This document shows positions 36,407 through 46,444 of a stretch of DNA of 47,369 nucleotides, piece by piece. The notes below the pieces were generated by a model. The model was given only the letters and a program-made list of their open reading frames with translations, was not told where the DNA came from and did not search any database. The stretch is from a virus (lineage: Duplodnaviria > Caudoviricetes). Position numbers and translations under genes: made by a program. Where the stretch lies: the IMG/VR virus record IMGVR_UViG_3300030330_005822, positions 1-47,369 of that record. One strand, 5' to 3'. The stretch's first letter is position 1, and each line of letters begins with the position of its first letter.

Positions 36407-36753
36407 CGTGTTACTTCTCCTTCGATTCGTACTCGTCCTTTTAGCAATTTAAATACTTCCCCCTGGGGCGAAGTTACTTCTAAATCATAAACTGCTACTG
36501 ACGGAGCTAGTTGTGCAGTTTGTTGATGTCCTATTGTGATATTTATTGCACCTTGAAGTGGATAAATAACAATCTCATCAGAAGAGGTCGTTGCCTCCAA
36601 AAGTTTTACGCTTGCCCCGGTTGATGACCTGATCTGCATTTTAGCAGTATAGTTAGTCATATCAATTGGGTTGTTTGCGCTATTTTTCCAATATAGGGCA
36701 AGTTTAAATGTGCTACCTTGCTCTATGGTCATGTTGTATATACCAGAAATCAT
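36403..36753 (-). CDS. Conserved phage tail/baseplate adaptor (Ig-like)
   Basis: IEQGSTF, PIDMTNYTAKMQIR, VYDLEVTSP.G.V..LL.G...EVTR. Confidence 0.78.
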   Translation of the reverse strand: MISGIYNMTIEQGSTFKLALYWKNSANNPIDMTNYTAKMQIRSSTGASVKLLEATTSSDEIVIYPLQGAINITIGHQQTAQLAPSVAVYDLEVTSPQGEVFKLLKGRVRIEGEVTR

Positions 36754-37007
36754 TTTTCAGTTGTTCCTTGTAAGCAGTAATTAAGAGAATCCATGAGCTC
36801 CTGCTCGAACGCCATCCGTTCTTGCATCCAGCCTTTGGATACTTTAAATGATCCATCTTCAAGTTCTATGATTTCTGACTTTTCAACAACTATGACATGA
36901 TCTTTAGGATCTTTGGGATTGTTTCTGTTTGGCTTCTCGCAATAAGGCCCGCAGCCGATAATCATGGCTACCCCAAGCGACAGCAACATCTTCGTCAGAC
37001 TCGGCAT
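36750..37007 (-). CDS. Lipoprotein, o-spanin (Rz1)-like
   Basis: Signal MPSLTKMLLSLGVAMIIG-C with lipobox; starts inside the upstream TM gene in another frame (start 37028/37007/36989 uncertain). Confidence 0.62.
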   Translation of the reverse strand: MPSLTKMLLSLGVAMIIGCGPYCEKPNRNNPKDPKDHVIVVEKSEIIELEDGSFKVSKGWMQERMAFEQELMDSLNYCLQGTTEK

Positions 37008-37140
37008 CTGTGAGATTTTTGATTTCATTATCTAATCCTTCCAACTTTTTCTCATCCGGTTTGCGATCCATTTTATCACAAACTGCATTCAAAATAAGAG
37101 GAACTAGAGTAGATAGTAAACCAATAATCAATTCAATCAT
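36904..37140 (-). CDS. i-spanin (Rz)-like membrane protein
   Basis: N-terminal TM MIELIIGLLSTLVPLILNAV followed by a helical soluble part; follows the holin. Confidence 0.6.
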   Translation of the reverse strand: MIELIIGLLSTLVPLILNAVCDKMDRKPDEKKLEGLDNEIKNLTDAESDEDVAVAWGSHDYRLRALLREAKQKQSQRS

Positions 37141-37505
37141 GCGTCAAGTCTCTTTTCGCCTGTAGCTCCAACGGATTTCATTTTAGCTAATTCTTCATCG
37201 ATAAGTAAGTCTAACTCATCTGAGGCTAATTTAGGAAATGATTTCTTAACCCGTTCATGTACCCACTGAGCTTTTTCGGCACCGGCAATTGGATCACCCT
37301 TGATCTTTGCTTTACGATAAGCCCATTCCTCAGCTCCTGCGATACCTGATCGAATCACTCCTCTAACCATCCGTTGATGGTCTTCTTGAAGTTTGATCCC
37401 AAGTCGCTTAAGGACAAGATTTGAGCCGTAAGTGGCTAATGCAGTTAATAACGCACCAAATATTGGCAGTAATACTTCAGCTAGTTGTTTTAAGATCTCT
37501 TCCAT
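37137..37505 (-). CDS. Holin (LL-H-like)
   Basis: Single N-terminal TM; AGAEE, GAEK..WV, ELDLLID. Confidence 0.7.
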   Translation of the reverse strand: MEEILKQLAEVLLPIFGALLTALATYGSNLVLKRLGIKLQEDHQRMVRGVIRSGIAGAEEWAYRKAKIKGDPIAGAEKAQWVHERVKKSFPKLASDELDLLIDEELAKMKSVGATGEKRLDA

Positions 37506-37508
37506 CGT

Positions 37509-40500
37509 TTACTCCTTAGAAGACAAAATAGAATAAGTTTTAATCGGATTGCCATCAACAGTCTTGCCGTAATGATGCTCATCTGTACTTGTAGAATCTT
37601 TACGCTCAGAAGGTCGATTGACTTCAATTGTTGCAGTCAAATGACACCCGGCTACAGAAGGGATATAAGAAGTATCAACATCATCATCTGTGTCGTGAAT
37701 CTTAAGTCCGTAATGACCTGTGTAAAGAACAAACACAATTTCGTGATCACCTGGCAAGGTCAACTCGTTTGCACTTGGCATTGTATCGATAAGTGAGAAG
37801 TTTGTTCCGTTTATTGTAGCAACACCATCCAGGTTAAGGGCAGTCTTGTTTGTAAACGCTCTATTCAACTCACTCATCAATTCAATCTCAATACCGCTGT
37901 TTCTGTTTGTGTTCTCAGTTGCTCGCATCGGATTATTGGCTGCAAGTTGAGCTTGGCTCATTGCATAATCGAATGGATCTGCAGCAAAGGTATCACCCAT
38001 TGATGATGTTTGAACAGCAGGTTGAGAATAGTTGTATTGAAGAATACCACTTGAATCCGTATATGAACTCGCTGTTTGAGATCCGCCGGTCGAATCAGAC
38101 ACCATAGGGTATAAATGTCTAAAGTAAATTGATCCCGGAATCTGTGTAGAACCTGGATGCATTGCAAGCAAGTTAATATAGGGTTTCTTATTCGGCGTAC
38201 TGGGAACACCCGTAAATGGATTGTTTGTTATTGTATGTGTTGCATTCTCTGTTCGATCGTGTGCTAAAAAGACTTCAGTCAAAGACTTGGGTGCAGTAGA
38301 CAAAAAGCTCGTTTGGTTGTTAGTTCGTCCGTTCGGTCGATGATGTAGAACTCGGAAAGAGCAATTCCAAAGAAGTTTTTGTTGTAGCCCTTGTCTGCTT
38401 AAAGCAGTAAACACATCTAGAATGTGTGTGTTTGCTTGAGCCGTTTCACCCATCAATGCTTTTGAGTATTGAAATGAATCATTAATAACATCATTATTCT
38501 CCAGGTAGTTTGATACAAGACCTAGATCTTTAATGTACGACCCCATACCTAAGTTTAGTGGGTTCATAAATCCGCTTCTAAACAATCGACCACCTGTTGC
38601 TGTCCCTGTGTCTCCGGCAAATAAAGTATCTACAGGAGAATCAGGTCCAAGACCCGGTGTTTGATTACTATATCCTTGAGCTGTATGACTAGTTGCAGGC
38701 ATAGTGAATGTATATTCGCTAGACAAAGATCCACTCGATAGAGCAGTAGTAAACGATGTTCTTACTAAATCAACAATTGACGCTACAGTTGTTGTTCTGA
38801 TTGCAGCACGTAAAACAGGTACAGACCACGTTGGGTATGAATTCACTAAATCATTACCTAATTTATTTACAAAATCAGTACCACTTGGATAGTTTGTGTC
38901 GTTTGGTTTTAAGTAATGTGTCAAATACTCATCGTATGGGAATGTAGTACCATCAATTTCTGTAAGATCATTTGGGAACTTGGTATATGGGTTTTCTGAA
39001 AGATATGGTTGGTAAAAACCAATATCAAGTTGACCTGCTGATTGATTAAAGTCTTGTTTAGCAAACTGTCTGCTTGCAGGAATAAAAACAGGACCTGGTA
39101 CAGTGCTTTGATTATCTTGCGGTACATGAGGGAAAACAAAACTATTCTCTCTAATTGTAAAACTACCACCTACATAAGATACCGTTTGGGCATTTTCGCC
39201 TGCTTTTGTAAGGTCTTGATCTTCTGCTCTTGTTGAATGTGGTAAGTAAGGAAAAACTGATCGATCTAAGGTTGCTTTATGTGTATTTGAACCTGAATCA
39301 AATTTAGCAATACCCATAGTATTACCCGATTGAGCAGTCAATTCTGAGTTAGTATCATCATGCAAACTCAATCTATCATCATACAAATCTTGAATAGTAT
39401 TTGGGGTTGAAATTAAAGTATCTGTGTCCCCTATCCCTTCAAAAGGCACTAGAGCAGGGATAATCATACTTCTTCGACCAAATTTAGGATAAACAGTATA
39501 TTTTTCTCCACCAGAATATCTATGACCACTTGGATGTGGGCCTGTAATCAGATGTTGAGCAGGATGATACCAGTGAACGAATGGGTGCGCATGATAGTCA
39601 AAAGGAAGGTCTAGTGCATCAACTGTACCAACGTCTGCTTGTACAATTGTCCCTGATGTGTTAGGTAAGCCCACTGTTTGTGCAGGAGAAGTTGATTGAA
39701 CCAATGGTTGATTAGACGAATTAATCAACTTTTGGGTATCTCCAAGCCCATGAGAAACTTTTAACAACGCTTCAATACCCTCTGCCATTGAGAATGAATT
39801 CTCTAGGATTGAGTGTTGATGCTTGGGCATTGTCATCCAATGTGTAAGACTAAGTGGCTCAACTCGAACAAACAAGTTAAGTGAATCTACAAGCTCATTT
39901 GCAGGAATACCTCGTGAGTCATTACTACCAGGATAAAAGTCTCCGATATGATACCGAAGTCTCATGCTTGTACATCGGTTTGCCCAAGTATCCATTGGCA
40001 CGTTTGATGGATTACCTGCACCTGCGTTTGTCTCAATCTCGGTTGAATCGAAACGATTCCAAGGACCGTAATATGCACTCAGATCTGTGTTGCTAGAATC
40101 TCTTGTCCCGCCATGCGTAATCATAGCTGTTGGTGGTCTGTACCCATTGATTAATGCAGGTAGATTATATTCTGTGTTTGTTGTTGGGTGGTATAGCAGC
40201 GAACTCTTAAAAGAAGAAAGAGTTGCTATATCAGATCCAACCCCACTATATGAGTCTAATCCAAGTAAAGAAGTTGTTGTCACAACTCCCTTTGGATACT
40301 GAAAACCAATTGCAGAAAACTTTGATCCGGTTTGACTTGAGAAGTAATTTACATTCTCGTTTGGTGGTACCTCAGAAATCGTAAACAAGTCCATACTCTT
40401 ATGAGCAATAGTCTTGATTGCAAGTTTTCTAAAGTTAATTCCGTTTTGAAAAGCAACAGCCTGTGCAGGACCTTCATCCCATTGACGAATAGCAAGGTTT

Positions 40501-42530
40501 GTTGGTCCAGGTGTTGTTGCATCTCCTCTTAGCTCTGTATCCTCTTTTTTGAAGAAACTCCATCCGAAGTCATCATCATCCCAATTTACTTCATGTGAAG
40601 CTCGGCTACCTTTTTCACGAAGTAAATACTTTTGAGATCCAGCAATGAATCCTGTTGGACGTGCAGCAGAACTGATTGGAGAAATAGGATTAATTGACCC
40701 TAGTCCATAGCCACTTTGAGCTAGACTTGAAGTTGTATTATCAAGATAATAGTCTACACTAGATGGCAATCGACTTGACTCATCATATTGTGTTGTAATC
40801 CCTTGCACCGAACCTAACCCACTCATTCCCATTACAATTTGATCTAGGAATGCAATATGCTCACTTTGGCTCTTAAATACAAGAGGAGCTGTCGGTCCAA
40901 CGATTAGACCTCCTTTGTATCCAAAAAGAGATCTTGATTTCATTTCTTCTAAGCCAACATCAGCTTGAGAAGAAAAGATTTTTGGAGGAGACTTAAACTT
41001 ACCTGGTACAACTTCTGTATAAGAAAAAGTGAAATTCTGATCAGTAGGGAAAGAGACACTTAAGAAAGAGTGAACAATTGGTTCTGTTGTTCCCCGCACT
41101 TTGCCGGGAAAAAAGACTGGATCAAGAGTCTCGTTTGCTGGATCTCCTGTAGCTGTCTTTGATTCACTATTAAACAAAGCCAAAATCTGTACATCGTTGA
41201 AATTAGGCCCTAAAGCAGTCAATAGTTCTGCTTTTAAGTATCCCCACATCAATCGATCTAAAGTCATTTCTTCTGCATTGAAGAAGTGAAGAGGACTTAG
41301 ACCGAGGTCTTTATATGGAGATGCCTGATGCTCCATGTTAGTTAATCTAGCAGTGCCATCTTGATTGAACTCTTTCCAAAAGTGTGTTTGGAAAAAAGTA
41401 GGATCATTGGATACTGTTGCATCAACTGAGTCAAGCATTGTTTGATATTCATACTCAGAAATAGCATTGAACCGAGTAAAGATATGAGACAACTCCAGGT
41501 TGCCTACATTGACTGAGTTGTATTGATCTCCATCAACACTCATCTTTACTTTTGCAATCCGAATACACCAACGCAATTGTGTACGATGTGTCGTTTCACT
41601 ACCAAGTAAAGTTGACTGAATCGAAGAGTCTTCTTCAGAGGAGATATCTTCTTCAAATACTTGAACGTAGGGCATTAACTGAGGAAGCCCGGTCAATCCT
41701 TCGCTAAGACTTGCTGCTTTGGTTGTTGTTGCGTTGTAAAGAGTTGCATACTCTTCCATGGTATTTGCAGGCACAATGTAGTATTGATCTCCGTTAACAG
41801 GAGCTGATGGTAAATTTGCGCCATCTAAAGTAAGAGTGGTTCCGTTAACACCTGTAATATTACGACTGACATTAGCCAATGCCGCAGTGACATTACCTAC
41901 AAAGACGACTCGGCAGGCACTCTCTTCGATATTGATATGAAAAGGCACTGAAGTGGTATCTTGTAATGAATTTACTTGCGAAACCAAAGTTGAATACTCT
42001 CGTGTGACAGTATTGTTATAACTGATACCACCTAAACCCATATCGGCTACAAAGTTCTTGTTGGCATCAATCAACTTGTTAGTGGTACCACCGGTTGCAG
42101 CTCCTTTTAGGATATAGTTTGCATACAATCGATCAGTGTTGTTTGATGTCGTTGCGACTTCCATCTTGTATGTGTCAAAGATGACGCTGTTTTCTTTGTT
42201 TGGGTCGCTATCTTTTAGGTGGGTTGTATCTACAATCCCTTTTCTAGTATCTAAGCGTCCTAGAGTGAATGCCATATTGTGATTATTCCGAGTTGAAGTC
42301 GGATCTCCATCAACACTTCGGATTGCCCACTCACGGTAATCTAATTGGGGAGGCCCAAAGCCCATCTTTTCAATGAGAAGAGATTGAGTCTGTGCTTCAA
42401 TAGCTTCGGTCATGTCATTCAAGTCAATATCCAGGATTGGCTTACCTTGTTGGAATACGACTCGTTTATATTGTTTGCTCTTGTCGAACTCGTGTAGAGC
42501 ATCACTAAGATTAGGTGTATTAGATGGCAT
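37509..42530 (-). CDS. Very large baseplate/tail protein with DUF6519-like N-terminus
   Basis: YKRVVFQQGKPILDIDLND and ETTHRTQLRW resemble DUF6519; 1673 aa, downstream of baseplate genes. Confidence 0.72.
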   Translation of the reverse strand: MPSNTPNLSDALHEFDKSKQYKRVVFQQGKPILDIDLNDMTEAIEAQTQSLLIEKMGFGPPQLDYREWAIRSVDGDPTSTRNNHNMAFTLGRLDTRKGIVDTTHLKDSDPNKENSVIFDTYKMEVATTSNNTDRLYANYILKGAATGGTTNKLIDANKNFVADMGLGGISYNNTVTREYSTLVSQVNSLQDTTSVPFHINIEESACRVVFVGNVTAALANVSRNITGVNGTTLTLDGANLPSAPVNGDQYYIVPANTMEEYATLYNATTTKAASLSEGLTGLPQLMPYVQVFEEDISSEEDSSIQSTLLGSETTHRTQLRWCIRIAKVKMSVDGDQYNSVNVGNLELSHIFTRFNAISEYEYQTMLDSVDATVSNDPTFFQTHFWKEFNQDGTARLTNMEHQASPYKDLGLSPLHFFNAEEMTLDRLMWGYLKAELLTALGPNFNDVQILALFNSESKTATGDPANETLDPVFFPGKVRGTTEPIVHSFLSVSFPTDQNFTFSYTEVVPGKFKSPPKIFSSQADVGLEEMKSRSLFGYKGGLIVGPTAPLVFKSQSEHIAFLDQIVMGMSGLGSVQGITTQYDESSRLPSSVDYYLDNTTSSLAQSGYGLGSINPISPISSAARPTGFIAGSQKYLLREKGSRASHEVNWDDDDFGWSFFKKEDTELRGDATTPGPTNLAIRQWDEGPAQAVAFQNGINFRKLAIKTIAHKSMDLFTISEVPPNENVNYFSSQTGSKFSAIGFQYPKGVVTTTSLLGLDSYSGVGSDIATLSSFKSSLLYHPTTNTEYNLPALINGYRPPTAMITHGGTRDSSNTDLSAYYGPWNRFDSTEIETNAGAGNPSNVPMDTWANRCTSMRLRYHIGDFYPGSNDSRGIPANELVDSLNLFVRVEPLSLTHWMTMPKHQHSILENSFSMAEGIEALLKVSHGLGDTQKLINSSNQPLVQSTSPAQTVGLPNTSGTIVQADVGTVDALDLPFDYHAHPFVHWYHPAQHLITGPHPSGHRYSGGEKYTVYPKFGRRSMIIPALVPFEGIGDTDTLISTPNTIQDLYDDRLSLHDDTNSELTAQSGNTMGIAKFDSGSNTHKATLDRSVFPYLPHSTRAEDQDLTKAGENAQTVSYVGGSFTIRENSFVFPHVPQDNQSTVPGPVFIPASRQFAKQDFNQSAGQLDIGFYQPYLSENPYTKFPNDLTEIDGTTFPYDEYLTHYLKPNDTNYPSGTDFVNKLGNDLVNSYPTWSVPVLRAAIRTTTVASIVDLVRTSFTTALSSGSLSSEYTFTMPATSHTAQGYSNQTPGLGPDSPVDTLFAGDTGTATGGRLFRSGFMNPLNLGMGSYIKDLGLVSNYLENNDVINDSFQYSKALMGETAQANTHILDVFTALSRQGLQQKLLWNCSFRVLHHRPNGRTNNQTSFLSTAPKSLTEVFLAHDRTENATHTITNNPFTGVPSTPNKKPYINLLAMHPGSTQIPGSIYFRHLYPMVSDSTGGSQTASSYTDSSGILQYNYSQPAVQTSSMGDTFAADPFDYAMSQAQLAANNPMRATENTNRNSGIEIELMSELNRAFTNKTALNLDGVATINGTNFSLIDTMPSANELTLPGDHEIVFVLYTGHYGLKIHDTDDDVDTSYIPSVAGCHLTATIEVNRPSERKDSTSTDEHHYGKTVDGNPIKTYSILSSKE

Positions 42531-42532
42531 TC

Positions 42533-43108
42533 TTAACTCCTGTTGATTGAGAAGGCAATATCAATTGTTCTTTGAATTGTTAGTGTGTTGTCTTTTTGGA
42601 TAAGTGGATGTGTGATCCAATTAAACATGATACCTGAGTCTAGACTAGATGTCGCATTACCCCCAAAAAGGCCGAACTCTCTAAGGTCTCCGTTGGCATC
42701 CGCCGTACCTAGTGTGTAAGACACTTTGAATCGACTTGAGAGTGCTTGGGGATTTAGTGCAGCTCCGGTACTTGCGTCTAGGAAAGTAAAGTCGTTTGGA
42801 GACAATGAGAATCTAAACGTTTCTGTTTGTAGGGTTGTTTGAGTAGTTGGTTTAACTACGTTAGATGGGTCTGCATCCCAGGTTGACTGACCAGAACCAA
42901 CCGCCAAAAAAGTGATTGCTCCAAGGTTAGCCACCGGGGGTGAAGCCATGTTTGAAGAATCTGTTAGTAATCCTGTAATTAGATTCAATGAAGAGTCTTG
43001 TACTTGGTTAAAACGAAAAGGACGCACTTCTTTTCTTGTTAGCCCGATTGAGTTCTTCCAAATCAATGTATCTTGATACTTTCCTATTATATGTAATTTG
43101 CAATCCAT
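42533..43108 (-). CDS. Baseplate / tail-collar protein
   Basis: ITFLAVGSG, TTLQTETFR, ANGDLREFGLFGG, IQKD. Confidence 0.72.
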   Translation of the reverse strand: MDCKLHIIGKYQDTLIWKNSIGLTRKEVRPFRFNQVQDSSLNLITGLLTDSSNMASPPVANLGAITFLAVGSGQSTWDADPSNVVKPTTQTTLQTETFRFSLSPNDFTFLDASTGAALNPQALSSRFKVSYTLGTADANGDLREFGLFGGNATSSLDSGIMFNWITHPLIQKDNTLTIQRTIDIAFSINRS

Positions 43109-43111
43109 TTT

Positions 43112-44548
43112 TTATCCTATAGCTGCATGGGGAAGTCTTGCGATATCTGTTACTCCGCTCGTCCAAGTCCCGTTCTGTGCCAATGAAATATTCGAGTCTG
43201 GATGGGGGTATGTGTGCAGGCTTCCTACGTTCCAAGAGGTTGTAATAGTTTCAACTATATTGAGCTCTGATGAATCAGGTACTCTCAAATCATCCTGGTG
43301 TGATTCGGTAAATGATAACACAAAATTTTCTAAATTGTAGTCATCAACTTGTATGTGTGCATTGGCATAATGAATGAGAAGATAACTAATGAGTCGTCTT
43401 AACTTGTTTTTAGCTAAATCAGATATCAATGGATCTTCATCACTAATTTGTGAAATCAACTGTACTAGCACTCCATAGGGATTGCGCCAACCATGTAATT
43501 CATTTTCTGCAATAACTCGATAGTTATCTGTAGATCTTCCTTGGATACGAACTGAGCCTGGATCAGCAAGGTTTACCGTTCCGTTGAATGGCATTGCATT
43601 GACAATATCTGCCCAAACCCCATCTGTTGATTCAACCCATCCTGTTGGGGGTGTGTTTGGATCATGCACATCCTCCCCGCCGTATGTGCTCAGTACGTAG
43701 TTATGGCCTTCTACTAGCTCAGTATCCCAACCTGTTAAAGTCTGTGCAGCAAACTCTACATTAAGAGCAGTGCTCTTCTTTTTCCAAAGCGTGATTGCAT
43801 TAGCTGTTTCTTTACGCCGCCGAAGCTCCCGTAGCTCAAAATTGGTTGGCCAACCTAGCATCTGATCGATGTATGGAAGTAGGTGCGCATCAACATTGGC
43901 AATATCAAACATATTAGCTGAGAAGTGATCCAGGTGTTGTTTGAACTCATCTAGGGCTTTACCCATGATTTGATCAATCTTACTTATTGTGTCATCACCC
44001 TCGGATTCATCTAAAAGTCGAATGCCCACAGGCAAATAGTTGAATAGCCTATTGCCATAGGTGGATTCACCATTCTTTAACACAAAAGCTCGGTCATGCC
44101 CATGTATTGAGGAGTATGCCCAAACATTCGTATCATCAACAGTTCTTGTTAGCTCATAGAAGACAGTATAATACCAAACGTTCTGTTTTCCCGATGCTTC
44201 ATGGTCTACATAATCTAGATAAACATCTCGATCTCCACTTAAAGTTGTTGAAAAGACAACATCCGCAGTAGAATCAGCAGCAGAGCGTGGAAACTCTTTC
44301 TTCTTCTTTAGGAGTTTCACATTACCTGTCAAAGTAAAGCCAACCGGATTTGATGGAAAACCATATCGGACTCGATTGTGTTCTCCTGTTACTCCTGTAG
44401 TTGGTTGATTCGGATCAAGGATTGCTCCATTGTTTAAAGCACTCTGTTCTACAATTAATGGGATCTTTGCGCCCAGAGCAGGCACGTTGATTACATCGCT
44501 TCCCTTTTCTTTTACAAAAGAAAATTGCCACTGCTCATGTGTCGCCAT
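43112..44548 (-). CDS. Baseplate wedge protein, P2 gpI-like domain
   Basis: LFNYLP, LLPYIDQMLGW, RRKETANAITLWKKKST; follows baseplate J. Confidence 0.78.
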   Translation of the reverse strand: MATHEQWQFSFVKEKGSDVINVPALGAKIPLIVEQSALNNGAILDPNQPTTGVTGEHNRVRYGFPSNPVGFTLTGNVKLLKKKKEFPRSAADSTADVVFSTTLSGDRDVYLDYVDHEASGKQNVWYYTVFYELTRTVDDTNVWAYSSIHGHDRAFVLKNGESTYGNRLFNYLPVGIRLLDESEGDDTISKIDQIMGKALDEFKQHLDHFSANMFDIANVDAHLLPYIDQMLGWPTNFELRELRRRKETANAITLWKKKSTALNVEFAAQTLTGWDTELVEGHNYVLSTYGGEDVHDPNTPPTGWVESTDGVWADIVNAMPFNGTVNLADPGSVRIQGRSTDNYRVIAENELHGWRNPYGVLVQLISQISDEDPLISDLAKNKLRRLISYLLIHYANAHIQVDDYNLENFVLSFTESHQDDLRVPDSSELNIVETITTSWNVGSLHTYPHPDSNISLAQNGTWTSGVTDIARLPHAAIG

Positions 44549-46443
44549 TAGATTCCCCCTAGGAAGGTGAGGTCAATATTAGTTGCATTAAGCCTAAGAT
44601 TATTGCCAATCGGTGAAGCTAATATCTCGTGGTCTTCACAATTAATATTCCCGGCATAACTGCCCACACTGAATGTCCAAATATTGCCTCGTGCAGGGAG
44701 GTCTTGATTGAATGCAAAGTTAAGTTTGAATTGAAGTTCTTGATCTGGATTGTTTGTTGTATCTGCCGGATATATGTAGATACTGCTAGTCTCAGTTGTT
44801 GAGAAGATCTGCTCACTTCCTGTTGAAGTCAATATTGACCCGGTTTCAGAACCTTTGAGCTTAAACGTATCCACACTTAGCCAAAGCAGTTCGTACGACT
44901 GCGCAGTAATATTCCGACCAAAATCAAAGAAAGACACAACAGCAGTATCAAACGCATCTTGATTCCCATTTAACAACCTCATTTTTGGTTTTTTGTACAT
45001 TTGAATGATGTCAACATAATCAACACCCCTTGTGTTTTCAATCGCTTGATGTACAGCCGATAAAGGCAACCCTTCACCAAATCCATCGGTGATGGTGTTG
45101 AATAACCGTTGTAGCGATATATCTACTTCTTCTTGTGCAGTTGATCTGAGTACATTGGCATAAACATAAATATTAGCCTTGATGTATATCTCAATCATAG
45201 TTGGAGCCAAAACATTCAATCGAGTTGGAATCGGTTTCTTCTGATTTAACCAACGGCCTACCGCCCCGATGGTTCCATAACCATTGTTAATGTCTGCAAA
45301 CCAAAAGCCGCTCGGTACAGGATTGTCTCCTTCACTAGCTACATAAACATCAACATCAATTGCACTTAGACCACGTACTGCTCTAGCTGATCGAATACCG
45401 CCACCTGGCGTGTTGACTGCCATGGTCTCAAAGTCTTCTAATGTGACACACCGATCCATCGCTCTCAACGATAAAGGCCCATGTTTACGTGCATGATCTA
45501 GAGTCTCACGATCTGTACCGCCGCTAGGTTGGCTAATATTATACACACTAGACACGCCCGCCAATGGGGTAAACGATGTGATTGTACCCACACCCGCTCG
45601 ATTAGTCTCTTCTCCTCCGTTGATTCTATATGTGATTGAGATAACTTCACCGATTGCCGGGATTGCACCTAGCACTCCATCTCCGAAAGTAATCAGGATT
45701 CCCCCATCAACTAAGAAGTCATACACATAAACAGTGTCTATTGCCTCTGTACCGACAAAAGAGGTCTTACCTGTCCATTCAGTAGAACCTACAAATAAAC
45801 GTACAGGAGAGCTTGAATCTGTAGACATGCATGCAGGACCTTGAGAAGTAAGGTAAGCTTGATCAGCTTCACCTGTGGATACCGCAAGTTGTTCTGTAAT
45901 TGATCGACCGGCTACAAACACTAAACGATCATCTGTAATGATCGCAGGATCGCTGAAAATCCTAATTGCATTGTTCACATCGTATGAGACCGCATAACGG
46001 CCTGCATTGGCTAATAGAACGTCTTCTGTGAGTTGATACTCTAGGACCTCTTCATCGTCAGATGTTTTTACAGTGAACCCCTCTGGTAGGAGAATATTGT
46101 TTTGGGTAGTTGTAATTACCATGGAGACGGTCGCCGGTGAAGGTGGAGACATCTTGTACCCAATCAATCTAAGGATGTACGATACCGCCTGCTGCGTCTG
46201 TGCTGTTGCTAGATAAGACTCGTTGTGAACCCGATCAAGATTGTAGCTTAGGATATCACCCATGTATGCCATGGCTTCTAGCAAAGTAATGCCTATATCA
46301 GATGAAGATCTGTCAGTCCAATTCGGTGCAATTGAATCAATGTGTCTGATCAATTCGTCTCTAATTGAAGTATAATCTCTTGCTGTATAATCGATTTGTA
46401 CCGGCAATCCACCTAGGGTTCTCGGTTCGGGTCTAATAGCCAT
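44548..46443 (-). CDS. Baseplate J-like wedge protein
   Basis: IDYTARDY, WTDRSSSDIGITLLEAMAYMGDILSY, FGDGVLGAIP, RCVTLEDFE. Confidence 0.9.
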   Translation of the reverse strand: MAIRPEPRTLGGLPVQIDYTARDYTSIRDELIRHIDSIAPNWTDRSSSDIGITLLEAMAYMGDILSYNLDRVHNESYLATAQTQQAVSYILRLIGYKMSPPSPATVSMVITTTQNNILLPEGFTVKTSDDEEVLEYQLTEDVLLANAGRYAVSYDVNNAIRIFSDPAIITDDRLVFVAGRSITEQLAVSTGEADQAYLTSQGPACMSTDSSSPVRLFVGSTEWTGKTSFVGTEAIDTVYVYDFLVDGGILITFGDGVLGAIPAIGEVISITYRINGGEETNRAGVGTITSFTPLAGVSSVYNISQPSGGTDRETLDHARKHGPLSLRAMDRCVTLEDFETMAVNTPGGGIRSARAVRGLSAIDVDVYVASEGDNPVPSGFWFADINNGYGTIGAVGRWLNQKKPIPTRLNVLAPTMIEIYIKANIYVYANVLRSTAQEEVDISLQRLFNTITDGFGEGLPLSAVHQAIENTRGVDYVDIIQMYKKPKMRLLNGNQDAFDTAVVSFFDFGRNITAQSYELLWLSVDTFKLKGSETGSILTSTGSEQIFSTTETSSIYIYPADTTNNPDQELQFKLNFAFNQDLPARGNIWTFSVGSYAGNINCEDHEILASPIGNNLRLNATNIDLTFLGGI

Positions 46444-46444
46444 A

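Larger units (their letters stand above)
351..44257. repeat. Dispersed 15-bp motif, consensus GWCTTTTCAACAAct, 17 copies (span = first to last copy)
   Basis: + strand copies start at 351, 2997, 3355, 6206, 7858, 10465, 22520, 26183, 27536, 28637, 36877. - strand copies occupy 13315-13329, 16947-16961, 18467-18481 (GAGTTTT variant), 20800-20814, 30070-30084, 44243-44257. Confidence 0.92.
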
